From positions 64,001-128,000 of IMG/VR virus record IMGVR_UViG_3300036770_005052: a DNA stretch of 64,000 bases, one strand, 5' to 3'. Of the stretch, positions 28,861 to 38,720 are shown piece by piece. This stretch comes from a virus. The stretch's first letter is position 1. Each line of letters begins with the position of its first letter. The translations under genes and the position numbers were made by a program. The notes beneath the pieces were generated by a model that saw only the letters and a program-made list of their open reading frames with translations, made no database searches and was not told the DNA's origin.

Positions 28861-28885
28861 ACTCAGGTAATCAATCAAAGACCAA

Positions 28886-29071
28886 ATGAAAACCGAAGAG
28901 TTCTTGAGTCGTTGCGTTGTCGATACTCTTGCACGTAAATTTTACCTATATTCTAGTGAAGGTTCAGAACGAATCGTAGAATGCGAGAATGTTGACCAGT
29001 TTATGAACGTACTGGAAGTTGTGCGCACTCAGGTAAGTGAAGATTGTCTTGCATACACCGATCCTCTTTAA
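28886..29071 (+). CDS. Small hypothetical protein
   Basis: 61 aa ORF directly after the promoter. Confidence 0.75.
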   Translation: MKTEEFLSRCVVDTLARKFYLYSSEGSERIVECENVDQFMNVLEVVRTQVSEDCLAYTDPL

Positions 29072-29074
29072 GAA

Positions 29075-29248
29075 ATGGAAGTTTTCACTGTAGATGAATT
29101 TCAAGAACATTTTGATAAACTCATGGAAAGAGTCGAAAATGGTGAACATCTAGGTATAATCAACGAAAACGGCCAGGCGACAGTGATGATGCCATACGAT
29201 GATGACCTTATACGAATACACACTGAATTAAACAACGAAGCATCTTGA
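29075..29248 (+). CDS. Phd/YefM antitoxin-like small protein (57 aa, not in the ORF track)
   Basis: Hand translation MEVFTVDEFQEHFDKLMERVENGEHLGIINENGQATVMMPYDDDLIRIHTELNNEAS fits the Phd N-terminal pattern. Confidence 0.6.
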   Translation: MEVFTVDEFQEHFDKLMERVENGEHLGIINENGQATVMMPYDDDLIRIHTELNNEAS

Positions 29249-29273
29249 CAAAGAGTTCCAGATCCTCTATAAT
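29245..29273 (+). promoter_or_regulatory. Consensus sigma70 promoter for the tRNA cluster
   Basis: TTGACA-17 bp-TATAAT, 12 nt before the tRNA. Confidence 0.85.
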
Positions 29274-29285
29274 TGATCTGTTCAA

Positions 29286-29373
29286 GCGAGTGAGACTTGG
29301 TAGTCAGAGGAGTCTTATAAACTCTTTCCGCCAGATTAGCGGCTTTGACCTGGTTCGAATCCAGGCACTCGTA
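29286..29373 (+). tRNA. tRNA with UAU anticodon (nominally Ile), atypical long variable arm
   Basis: Acceptor GCGAGTG/CACTCGT, D stem GACT/AGTC, anticodon arm GGAGT-CT TAT AA-ACTCT, variable stem CCGC/GCGG, T arm CCTGG-TTCGAAT-CCAGG; no encoded CCA. Confidence 0.8.
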
Positions 29374-29375
29374 TC

Positions 29376-29426
29376 TGCTTACCCATTTTGTAGTGGGTTT
29401 TAGAGGGTAAGCAACAGTAAACCTAC
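29376..29426 (+). ncRNA. Candidate H-type pseudoknot RNA between the tRNAs
   Basis: P1 TGCTTACCC/GGGTAAGCA (9 bp); loop GTGGGTTT can pair with downstream AAACCTAC (8 bp, one G-U). Confidence 0.45.
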
Positions 29427-29430
29427 TTGA

Positions 29431-29515
29431 AAAGCGGTGACGTAACTGGTAGCCGTATCAGACTTAAAATCTGCTGGGAGTATTCCCGTGGGGGTTCGAT
29501 TCCCCCCTCGCCCTA
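29431..29515 (+). tRNA. tRNA-Leu(UAA), acceptor stem degenerate (possible pseudogene)
   Basis: Anticodon arm CAGA-CT TAA AA-TCTG, variable stem GGGA/TCCC, T arm GGGGG-TTCGATT-CCCCC; 5' acceptor strand AAAGCGG pairs poorly. Confidence 0.65.
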
Positions 29516-29545
29516 TAAAATAAATATAAGATATGGGAAATCCCA

Positions 29546-29851
29546 ATGTCTTATCGTATTGATCACGCATACTGCTGGTACAACAATGGCAGTATGATTG
29601 TGAAGATGTATTTTATCAATCATATACCTTTTACATTTGATGAACTTCCAGATGGTCATTTGTACGATCAAGATCTTTGTAGATTAGCAGATCAACAATG
29701 CACATTTGAACCGGAAGATTTGTATAAAAATTCATTCTATTTAATAGATGAAGAAGTACATCCATGTTTTTTTCCAGTTGAGTTAGAAAATCCTGAAGAT
29801 CTTCCAGATAACCTTGAATATGATTATGGTGAAGAAGACTTGACTAACTAA
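29546..29851 (+). CDS. Acidic hypothetical protein
   Basis: 101 aa ORF preceded by late-type ATAAATA at 29520-29526. Confidence 0.75.
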   Translation: MSYRIDHAYCWYNNGSMIVKMYFINHIPFTFDELPDGHLYDQDLCRLADQQCTFEPEDLYKNSFYLIDEEVHPCFFPVELENPEDLPDNLEYDYGEEDLTN

Positions 29852-29886
29852 ATAAAACATAGAATTACTACAGCTAATATAATACA

Positions 29887-32800
29887 ATGCCTCTTAATAA
29901 GTTAGAGAATTTTATTAAGAATACAGAAGGTCGTATTCTTTATGTAAATCCAAATGATCTTGATTCAACTGATTCGATTACTAATCAAGGAAATTCACTT
30001 GCTCAACCGTTTAAGACTGTACAAAGAGCTCTTTTAGAATCAGCAAGATTTTCTTATTTGAGAGGTTATAATAATGATCTTACTGAAAAAACTACAATTT
30101 TACTTTTTCCAGGTGAACATTTAATTGACAATAGACCTGGTTATGCAATTTATGATAATGATCCCCTTGGTGCATATGCGGTTCCCCCAACTGGTGGTGT
30201 TGGAGTTCCTGCACCACAAACTTTATCATTAGAACTAGATTCAGTATTTGATCTGACTGATCCAGACAATATTCTTTACAAATTTAATAGTGTATATGGT
30301 GGTGTTATTGTTCCTCGTGGCACTTCAATTGTCGGTCTTGATTTAAGAAAGACTAAGATTCGTCCAAAATATGTCCCAAATCCAACCGACCCAAGTGCAA
30401 CTAATTCTGCAATTTTTAGAATTACTGGTGCTTGCTATTTTTGGCAATTATCAATCTTTGATGGTGATGAAAGTGGATTAGTTTATACAAATCCAACATA
30501 TTCTACCAGTATATATCAATCTACTCCTACGTTTTCTCACCACAAACTAACTTGTTTTGAATATGCGGATGGTGTAAATCCTGTTGGTTCTTATGAATTA
30601 ACAGATCTTGATATGTATTATAGTAAGCTCTCGAATGCTTACAATACTTATAGAAATATTGATGCAAAATATCCTTCTGAACCATTAGGATTTTCGAAAA
30701 AAGCCCCAGAATGGGAAATTGTTGGTGCATTCGCATCTGATCCTATTGATATTACTGGATTATTTTCGGGCAATGGTACAACTGCCGGAGCTAGAGTTAC
30801 TGTAACTACCGCGTTTGAACATAATTTAAATTCCGGAACTCCAATTAAAATTCGTGATGTTTCGGAAGGAACTTATAATGTTTCAACAAAAGTACAAGAA
30901 GTTTTAAGTCCAACTCAATTTACATATCTCTTAACCTCATTTCCAATCAATTTAGATGCAAATCCAAGTGTATCTGGTGCAACAGTTACTGTCGAAACGG
31001 ATACTGTCTCTGGTGCTTCTCCATACATTTTTAACTGCTCTTTAAGATCAGTATGGGGTATGAACGGAATGCACGCTGATGGGTCAAAGGCATCAGGCTT
31101 CCGTTCCATGGTTGTTGCACAGTTCACCGCAGTATCACTACAAAAAGATGACCGTGCATTTGTAAAATATAATAATGTAGCAAGAGCATATGAAGGTGTT
31201 ACCATTTCTCCAGTATCAGGAGCAGCTTTATCATCTGGCTCTTCTCAAACTGATGCAGAATTGGTTTATCACTTAGATCAAAACGCAATATATCGAAATG
31301 GATGGGAAACTAGCCATATTAAAATTTCCAATGATTCCTTTATTCAAATCGTATCTGTTTTTGCAATTGGTTTTAATAAGCATTTTGATGTTCAAAGTGG
31401 TAGTGATGCATCTATTACAAACTCCAACTCTAATTTTGGTCAAATTTCATTAAATGCTGAAGGTTTTAAAAATGCTGCCTTTGGCAAAGATAATAAAGCA
31501 TTTATTACATCAATTATACCTCCCAGAAATATTGATGAATTTGATGAAGACATTATTGAATGGCTTTCTTTAGATGTTGGCATTACAACTGCATATGGTA
31601 ATGATACTACTGATACCTCTAGACTTTACCTTTATGGTTTTACTGCCAAAGATAGTCTTCCAGTTAGCTTAACACAAGGATATCGTGTCGGTGCTCGTAA
31701 AAATGATATCTTATATCTTTCATATAATGGGGTAGAATATAATGCTAAAATATACATGGAGGATCCTAGTGGTGTTGGATTAATTAGTGCTGAAAAATCA
31801 TATTCAGTAATAGGATCTCCATCAAATAATATTTTTACTTTAAATACTCCTTTAAATTTATTAACAACTGGAGAAAAAGTTGTTATTAATAGTGAAGATG
31901 GAGATCTGCCCGAAAATATAACAGAGCATATTCCATATTATGTCATTAAAATTAATTCAACTCAAATCAAATTAGCAACATCATATACTAATGCAATTTT
32001 AGACAACCCAATTACTGTTTATGGTGGAACAAATCTAATCATCAAAAGTAGGGTGTCTGATAAAAATGCTGGTGAATATGGTTCTCCTCTTCAATATGAT
32101 GATACCTATCAAAATTGGTATATAAAAGTTGCAGAAGATAATCAAATATATAATCTTCTCAATACAATTGGTGTTCAAACACTTACAGAAACTACAGATT
32201 TAAGTTATATAAAAAGAGTTTCTGATGGAAGAGCTCTTGATGAAAAATTATATAAAGTTAGGGTAGTTATTCCAAAAGAATTTGCAAATGCAAAAAATCC
32301 AGAATCTGGATTTGTTTTGCAAGAATCAAGTTCAACTGGTGCTAGAAATTCTGCAGATTTTAGTCGTACTACAATATCAACAAGTGATTATGACTATAAG
32401 AAAAACCCAAGATTTATTGAAAAATGTACATTACAAGATAATACAGTAACAGTCACTACAGAACTTCCTCATAATTTAAAAGTTGGGGATATTGTAATTA
32501 TTAAATATGTAACTGACACTATTAATACTACTGGAGATCAAACTTTAGGATACAATGGTTATTTTAAAGTTACGACTATCCCAAATATAATGAGTTTTCA
32601 ATATGATATTGTAGATATAAAAGGAAAGTCACACTCTCCTGGAGTTTTTACTAATGATGTAACAAATAGAACAACAACATTACCAAGATATGAAAGAAAT
32701 GATTTAAAATCAAATATATTCATTTATAGAAATCAAGTAATTTCTCCATATATTGAAAACAGCCAAGATGGAATCTACCATCTTTATCTACTGAATGCAA

Positions 32801-35800
32801 GCAATACAGTCTCAACAGAGTTTACAAATTTACAATACAGTCAAAATAGTGTTGATTTATACCCCCAATTAGATAGAGATAATTTCGATTCTAACCCAGA
32901 ATCTTCTATTACATTTGCCAAGAGAAATCCAATTGGTGATATTGTAACAAATGATCTTAAAAGAAGTGTTACTAGAGAAACTGTTGATAAATTACTAAAA
33001 GATTTTGGAAAAGGATTGAGAATTTCTAATGTTTCTAGTACATCATCTTCCGCAACGATTACAATTGATCGTGATCATTTGTTAGGCGGAATAGTTGGAT
33101 ATTCTGCTTTAACTGGTGGAAGTGGTCATACTCCAGGAACTTATTATAATGTAAAATTATATAATGATCTTGCCTTATCTGAATGGAATGGTGCAACAGC
33201 AAAAGTTACAGTTTCAGGTTCTGGATCTGTTACAAATGCTGAGATAATTGCAAACGGTTCTGCATATACAAATAATTCAACTTTATATTTTGACAGTTTA
33301 AAAATTGGTGGATCTGCAAGTGCAAGAATTACAGTTTCAACTTCTGGAATTTCTACAAGTATAGGTGATGTTGTACAAATTGCTGGAGCTGGCACTACAA
33401 CTTCAAATCAATATTATAGGATTACTTCATTACCAGCAACAAATCAAATAGCAGTTGCAAGAACATCTGGTGATGCTTCTATTGCTTCTGGTCAATATGC
33501 ATTAGTTATTGGCCCATCAGTAAAAATTAGTAGCACATCATACACATCAAATACAGGTCTTTTAACAGTTAATTCATCATCTGCACACGGATTATTGGCT
33601 GGAAATAGATTTAGAATTATTGATTCATCAAATAATAATCTTGGTGACTATGTTGTAAATGAAAGAATTAGCTTAACTTCATTTACAGCTTTTACATATA
33701 AATCTATTTCTGCATCAAATGGATTTATTTTAAAACATGGCTTATCAGCTAATAATGGAGTTTCTGATACTAGAGGTGAAAACTTAGGTGTAAGAGGAAT
33801 TCCATTATATGCAAATGAGTCATTAAAACTTCAAAATTCAATTACAACAGATACTGTAATTGATGTATTACCATCTACGGTTGGAATAACAACAATTGCA
33901 GGAAGATTCCCATTAGGATCTTATATTCAAATTGATAATGAAATTATGAGAATCACTACTTCTGGTAGTGAAACTACATTTGGTGTTATCAGAGGTTCTT
34001 TGGGAACACGTCAAGAAGATCATGATGCAAATTCTATAATTCGTAAAATTGAACCAATAGCAGTAGAATTTAGAAGACCTTCAATTTTACGTGCATCTGG
34101 TCACACATTTGAATATATGGGATTTGGACCTGGCAACTATTCAACGGGTCTTCCGCAAGTTCAAATACGTGCTCTTACAGATAGAGAGGAATTTCTTTCA
34201 CAAGCACAAGAAAGATCTTGTGGTGCTGTAATTTACACTGGAATGAATAATAAAGGTGATGTTTACAGTGGTAATACAAAAACTATTGCATCTAGTGGTG
34301 AGATTATTTCTTATGACATTCCAAAACCAACAGTAACTGGACAAGATCCTACAAAATTAAGTGTTGTATTTGACGAAGTTACTGTTAAAGAAAGATTATT
34401 GGTTGAAGGTGGTGCATCTGCAACTGTTCTTTCCCAATTTAACGGACCTCTTACACTTAATGGGCAACTTAGAGTTAAGGCAAAAGCAACATTTAGTAGA
34501 CAAGTAAAAATTTCAAATACTACACCATCAACCAACAAATTTACTGGTGCTTTGATCATCAATGGTGGTGTAGGAATTCTTGAAAATATAAATGTTGGTG
34601 GAATTGGTTCATTCTCAAATTCTCAAGATTCAACTACTATTGCCAACGGATCTATAGTTACAAATGGTGGAGTTGGAATTGAAAAAAGACTTAATGTTGG
34701 CGGCGCAGTTGGATTTACAAGTACTACAGACTCGACAAGTGGATCAACTGGAGCATTTGTGATAACTGGTGGTGTTGGAATTGGCAAAAACTTAAATGTT
34801 AGTGGAATTACAAATGCTGAAAACAGCACCGATTCCACATTAATTTCAAATGGATCTTTAACCGTTCAAGGTGGAGTTGGAATTAGAAAAAGACTTAATG
34901 TTGGTGGTGCTGTTGGATTTACAAGTACTACAGATTCCACATCCACAACTTCTGGCGCATTAATTGTAACTGGTGGTGTTGGAATTGGTAAAACAGTATT
35001 CATTGGTGGTAGTTTAAATGTTGCATTAACTAGATCTACAACTCTTGGTGGAACATTGAGTGTTGTTGGAAATACAAATTTGAGTGGAACATTGGGTGTT
35101 GCAGCTGGTCAAGCAACTGATCTTGGCGGAACATTAAATGTTGATGGTGCCACAACATTGCAAAGCACATTAGATGTTACTGGAAGTTCAACATTTAATA
35201 GTAATACCACAATTAATGGAATATTAGATGTAAACTCTGGTGCCACTATTGATAATATCAGAATTGGAATTGCAAATGACAATACAATTGACACAAGCAC
35301 TGGTGGATTAACATTAGATTCTTCGAGTGGTACAACTACAATCAGCGATAATACTACTATAACAGGAACTCTTGATGTTTCTGCAAATATAACTGGAAGT
35401 AGTGCTATCAGTGCTACTGGTAATATTAGTGCTGGTAATAGATTAATTGGACAACTTCAAAGATCAGTCAGAATTGTGGGGTCTGGGGTCGATTCTACAT
35501 TTAACAATAGCAGTGATGTTACAGTTACCCTACCAGACAAAACTAAAATAACAGTTTCTGGAAGCACAGATCCTGGTATTTCAAATGGATTTAGGGAAAA
35601 TATGACTGCAACCAGACAGGGTGATGCAGATACTTTGATGTTTAGGGGAATCAATGGTGGAACTTCAGTAGGAAGTGGTGGACTCACATGTGCTGGTGAT
35701 ATTATTGCATTTGCTTCTGATGAAAGATTAAAAACTAATATTGAGCCAATCGAAAATGCGGTTGATAAGGTACTCAAACTCCGTGGATTTACATATAACT

Positions 35801-36015
35801 TTAATGAAATTGGAGAAGAACTTGGATTTGATGCATCACTAAGACATGCAGGTGTATCCGCACAAGAAGTTCAAGAAGTTCTTCCAGAAGCAGTTTGCCC
35901 TGCTCCTGCAAGCGATGAGTATCTGACAGTTAAATATGAAAAACTTGTACCACTTCTTATTGAAGCAATTAAAGAATTAAGAGCAGAAATAAATGAGCTG
36001 AGGAGATCTAAATAG
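29887..36015 (+). CDS. Long tail fibre / structural protein with C-terminal S74 intramolecular chaperone
   Basis: 'FASDERLKTNI', 'GVSAQEVQEVLPEAV', 'VKYEKLVPLLIEAIKEL'; repeated 'STDST...GA...GGVGI.K.LNVGG' shaft; CTAAATA at 29848. Confidence 0.85.
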   Translation: MPLNKLENFIKNTEGRILYVNPNDLDSTDSITNQGNSLAQPFKTVQRALLESARFSYLRGYNNDLTEKTTILLFPGEHLIDNRPGYAIYDNDPLGAYAVPPTGGVGVPAPQTLSLELDSVFDLTDPDNILYKFNSVYGGVIVPRGTSIVGLDLRKTKIRPKYVPNPTDPSATNSAIFRITGACYFWQLSIFDGDESGLVYTNPTYSTSIYQSTPTFSHHKLTCFEYADGVNPVGSYELTDLDMYYSKLSNAYNTYRNIDAKYPSEPLGFSKKAPEWEIVGAFASDPIDITGLFSGNGTTAGARVTVTTAFEHNLNSGTPIKIRDVSEGTYNVSTKVQEVLSPTQFTYLLTSFPINLDANPSVSGATVTVETDTVSGASPYIFNCSLRSVWGMNGMHADGSKASGFRSMVVAQFTAVSLQKDDRAFVKYNNVARAYEGVTISPVSGAALSSGSSQTDAELVYHLDQNAIYRNGWETSHIKISNDSFIQIVSVFAIGFNKHFDVQSGSDASITNSNSNFGQISLNAEGFKNAAFGKDNKAFITSIIPPRNIDEFDEDIIEWLSLDVGITTAYGNDTTDTSRLYLYGFTAKDSLPVSLTQGYRVGARKNDILYLSYNGVEYNAKIYMEDPSGVGLISAEKSYSVIGSPSNNIFTLNTPLNLLTTGEKVVINSEDGDLPENITEHIPYYVIKINSTQIKLATSYTNAILDNPITVYGGTNLIIKSRVSDKNAGEYGSPLQYDDTYQNWYIKVAEDNQIYNLLNTIGVQTLTETTDLSYIKRVSDGRALDEKLYKVRVVIPKEFANAKNPESGFVLQESSSTGARNSADFSRTTISTSDYDYKKNPRFIEKCTLQDNTVTVTTELPHNLKVGDIVIIKYVTDTINTTGDQTLGYNGYFKVTTIPNIMSFQYDIVDIKGKSHSPGVFTNDVTNRTTTLPRYERNDLKSNIFIYRNQVISPYIENSQDGIYHLYLLNASNTVSTEFTNLQYSQNSVDLYPQLDRDNFDSNPESSITFAKRNPIGDIVTNDLKRSVTRETVDKLLKDFGKGLRISNVSSTSSSATITIDRDHLLGGIVGYSALTGGSGHTPGTYYNVKLYNDLALSEWNGATAKVTVSGSGSVTNAEIIANGSAYTNNSTLYFDSLKIGGSASARITVSTSGISTSIGDVVQIAGAGTTTSNQYYRITSLPATNQIAVARTSGDASIASGQYALVIGPSVKISSTSYTSNTGLLTVNSSSAHGLLAGNRFRIIDSSNNNLGDYVVNERISLTSFTAFTYKSISASNGFILKHGLSANNGVSDTRGENLGVRGIPLYANESLKLQNSITTDTVIDVLPSTVGITTIAGRFPLGSYIQIDNEIMRITTSGSETTFGVIRGSLGTRQEDHDANSIIRKIEPIAVEFRRPSILRASGHTFEYMGFGPGNYSTGLPQVQIRALTDREEFLSQAQERSCGAVIYTGMNNKGDVYSGNTKTIASSGEIISYDIPKPTVTGQDPTKLSVVFDEVTVKERLLVEGGASATVLSQFNGPLTLNGQLRVKAKATFSRQVKISNTTPSTNKFTGALIINGGVGILENINVGGIGSFSNSQDSTTIANGSIVTNGGVGIEKRLNVGGAVGFTSTTDSTSGSTGAFVITGGVGIGKNLNVSGITNAENSTDSTLISNGSLTVQGGVGIRKRLNVGGAVGFTSTTDSTSTTSGALIVTGGVGIGKTVFIGGSLNVALTRSTTLGGTLSVVGNTNLSGTLGVAAGQATDLGGTLNVDGATTLQSTLDVTGSSTFNSNTTINGILDVNSGATIDNIRIGIANDNTIDTSTGGLTLDSSSGTTTISDNTTITGTLDVSANITGSSAISATGNISAGNRLIGQLQRSVRIVGSGVDSTFNNSSDVTVTLPDKTKITVSGSTDPGISNGFRENMTATRQGDADTLMFRGINGGTSVGSGGLTCAGDIIAFASDERLKTNIEPIENAVDKVLKLRGFTYNFNEIGEELGFDASLRHAGVSAQEVQEVLPEAVCPAPASDEYLTVKYEKLVPLLIEAIKELRAEINELRRSK

Positions 36016-36037
36016 TTTTATTATTTGATTTTATATC

Positions 36038-36736
36038 ATGTTAAAATATAATACTGCTCAGATTTTTCCAACAACAATTTATGTTGGAGATATGGAAAAT
36101 CACGAAAAATATAAAGAAGAATTTTATAAATTATATCATAAATTTGATTACGAAGTTACGTCAGAAAATAATACTGTTAGTGAGGAATGTGGTAATCCAT
36201 TAATTCATTTAGAAGAAAGTTTAGAACCACTTTTTTCTGAGGTAACTTCTCATGTAAAAAATTATATTCATAACGTTTTAAATTTAAGGGATTTATTTGA
36301 TGTAACAATAACTAAAACATGGCTATCAAGAGCTAGAGAAATTAAAGATGAAATACCTTGGCATATACATTCAACAAGTCATATTTCTTTTACATATTAC
36401 TTAAATACCCCTACAAATTCACATACAATAACTTTTTCTAATCAACATGAGCCAAATAGCTTATTTTTGGGTATGTCAAAATTTAATGAGGAAAAAGAAA
36501 AAAGATTTGTAGATTTTTATAATGAAAATAATGCAACGACATTTTTTATTACCCCCGAAGAAGGAAAGATTGTTTTATTTCCAAGTAAACTAGTACATTC
36601 AACAAAATCCAAATCCGAAGAATTTAGTGGAGAAAGATTAGCAATAGTTGGAGATATTTCATTAATACTGAGAGAAGAGTATCTTTCATTTTCTATGGGG
36701 TATGTAAATGAAAAATATTGGAAAAAATTCAAATGA
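36038..36736 (+). CDS. 2OG-Fe(II) oxygenase-like protein (TIGR02466-like)
   Basis: 'IFPT.I', 'W', 'H.H...H.SF.YYL', 'P.EG..VLFPS.L.H', 'R..I'. Confidence 0.75.
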   Translation: MLKYNTAQIFPTTIYVGDMENHEKYKEEFYKLYHKFDYEVTSENNTVSEECGNPLIHLEESLEPLFSEVTSHVKNYIHNVLNLRDLFDVTITKTWLSRAREIKDEIPWHIHSTSHISFTYYLNTPTNSHTITFSNQHEPNSLFLGMSKFNEEKEKRFVDFYNENNATTFFITPEEGKIVLFPSKLVHSTKSKSEEFSGERLAIVGDISLILREEYLSFSMGYVNEKYWKKFK

Positions 36737-36768
36737 AAAATAAATAATAAAAAACTCATAATAAACCA

Positions 36769-37767
36769 ATGGCATTACAATCTACTGGACAAATTTCTTT
36801 CAGTGATATAAGTAAAGAATTTGGAACACCTACTAGAAGAAACCTTGGTGCTTATAGAGTTAGTGAAAATTATGGGTCTCTAACAAATCTTCCTCTTGCA
36901 GAAGGAATACCTCAAAGTGGTGAAATAAAATTTAGTGATTTTTATAACAAAAGACTTAACATTGTTATCGTATTTGGAGGAGGGAGTCGCCTTACTGCAA
37001 GAACATATTATAATGCAAATGCTGTTAATGTTGTTGGAAAATTTAGAACAAGACCATCAAGCAGTTCTGGCTGTAGAATTTTAATAAATTTGGCATCCGG
37101 AACTTATTCATCAATTAATTGGAGTAGAAATTATTGTGCATTTAAGACAGGTGGATGGGATACTGATACAACGTTAAGATTAATCATTGCTTCGGGAGCT
37201 GGTGTCTATGGTTCTGGTGGTGATGGGGGTAGAGGACAGTTTAGTGTATCCGATGGTGGGGATGGTTCTAGTGCATTGGGAATAGAGTATCCAACTACAA
37301 TAATTAATGATGGATATGTTCAATGTGGCTATGGTGGTGGAGGAGGAGGTGGATTTGGAACTTCCGACCCAGATAAAAATACAAGAGACTTTGGGGCACC
37401 GGGTGGTGGTGGAGGAGGAGGTGCAGGAATTCCTGCTGGGCGAGGTGGCTCGGCAGGTGGTGGTGGATATAATACTAATGGGGCAAGCAGAGGAAATAGT
37501 GCAACACAAACTATTGGTGGATCAGGTGGTGGGGGAGGAAGCGGAGGCGGAGCAAGTGGAGGTCGTGGTGGTGATGGTGGAGGGACAAATAATGGAGGAG
37601 GTCAAGGAGGTAATCGTGGAGATGGAAATATAACTGGAGGTGAAGGAAGAGCTGGTCAAGCAGGAGCAAATGGATATGGAATTATTATTGGACCTAGTGG
37701 TTCTATAGTTTCTTTAACTGGCGCCGGAACAGTTTTAGGTGGTCAAACTAACGGCACAGTTCTATAA
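36769..37767 (+). CDS. Glycine-rich fibre adhesin, gp38-like
   Basis: 'MALQSTGQISFSDI..EFG', 'I.FSDFY', then many GGGGG/G.GG.GG runs; downstream of an S74-type fibre; ATAAATA at 36740. Confidence 0.6.
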   Translation: MALQSTGQISFSDISKEFGTPTRRNLGAYRVSENYGSLTNLPLAEGIPQSGEIKFSDFYNKRLNIVIVFGGGSRLTARTYYNANAVNVVGKFRTRPSSSSGCRILINLASGTYSSINWSRNYCAFKTGGWDTDTTLRLIIASGAGVYGSGGDGGRGQFSVSDGGDGSSALGIEYPTTIINDGYVQCGYGGGGGGGFGTSDPDKNTRDFGAPGGGGGGGAGIPAGRGGSAGGGGYNTNGASRGNSATQTIGGSGGGGGSGGGASGGRGGDGGGTNNGGGQGGNRGDGNITGGEGRAGQAGANGYGIIIGPSGSIVSLTGAGTVLGGQTNGTVL

Positions 37768-37791
37768 TAAATATTTTTTTTATTGATCAAT

Positions 37792-38364
37792 ATGAGAAAT
37801 CATGATAATTTTTTAGGAATATATGAAAACTGCTTTGATAGTGAATACTGCAAAAAATTTATAGAGCATATAGATTTGCTAGAAGAACGTAGTATTGTTT
37901 TACCGACGCCAGAATTAAATCATAGAGTTGATGACCATGGTGTATTTTTTTCTCATGATTATAATTTAAAATCATGGAGTTGGTTGGGTGAATCATTTTT
38001 ACCAAAAATTCAACATCATGTTCAAAATTATATGGAAAAATATTCAATTTTGATGAAAAGTCGCTTTTTAATGCACGATATAAAAGCAAAAAAAATAGAT
38101 TGTGGTGGAGGATTTCATGAATGGCATTATGAAAACAGTTGTTTTGCCGCATTAAATCGAATTTTAGTTGTACAATTATATCTTAATACAATTGAAGAGG
38201 GTGGAGAAACAGAATTTTTATATTTAAATAAAAGAGTAAATGCCGAAGAAGGAAAAATATTGATATTTCCTGCAGGGTTTACGCACACTCATAGAGGCAA
38301 TCCACCAATAAATCAAACTAAATACATAGTTACGACATGGGTACTGTTGCAGGAGGATAAATGA
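37792..38364 (+). CDS. 2OG-Fe(II) oxygenase (prolyl-4-hydroxylase-like family)
   Basis: 'GGFHEWHYE', 'YLN.IEEGGETEF', 'IFPA.FTH.HRG.PP...KY..T.W'. Confidence 0.9.
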   Translation: MRNHDNFLGIYENCFDSEYCKKFIEHIDLLEERSIVLPTPELNHRVDDHGVFFSHDYNLKSWSWLGESFLPKIQHHVQNYMEKYSILMKSRFLMHDIKAKKIDCGGGFHEWHYENSCFAALNRILVVQLYLNTIEEGGETEFLYLNKRVNAEEGKILIFPAGFTHTHRGNPPINQTKYIVTTWVLLQEDK

Positions 38365-38708
38365 ATTTAATTTTTAAAATTGTAGAATATCTTGAAGAAA
38401 CAGATCAAATTATTATTAAATTTAGCAGACAAAATTCACCAAAGCCAATAGATGAATATCCTCCAGTAGCAATTGATTGTTGTAATATTGATCAAAGTGA
38501 TTATCACCAATTTGTATGTTCAATTATGAGATATGGTATTGATATTGTTTTGAAACAAGAAGAAGAAGAACCCACTCTTCTAGAAAATGTCCCATCCGAA
38601 CTTTTAGAATCTACAAATGCTAAAGATCATGTTAATCGTATTATTTCGTTAAGTGCAATGGAATTGGTGGCATCTTCATATAGAATGAATAAAATTAAAT
38701 TAGATTAA
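38361..38708 (+). CDS. Hypothetical protein
   Basis: 115 aa ORF, ATGA-coupled. Confidence 0.7.
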   Translation: MNLIFKIVEYLEETDQIIIKFSRQNSPKPIDEYPPVAIDCCNIDQSDYHQFVCSIMRYGIDIVLKQEEEEPTLLENVPSELLESTNAKDHVNRIISLSAMELVASSYRMNKIKLD

Positions 38709-38720
38709 AATAAAAAAATT

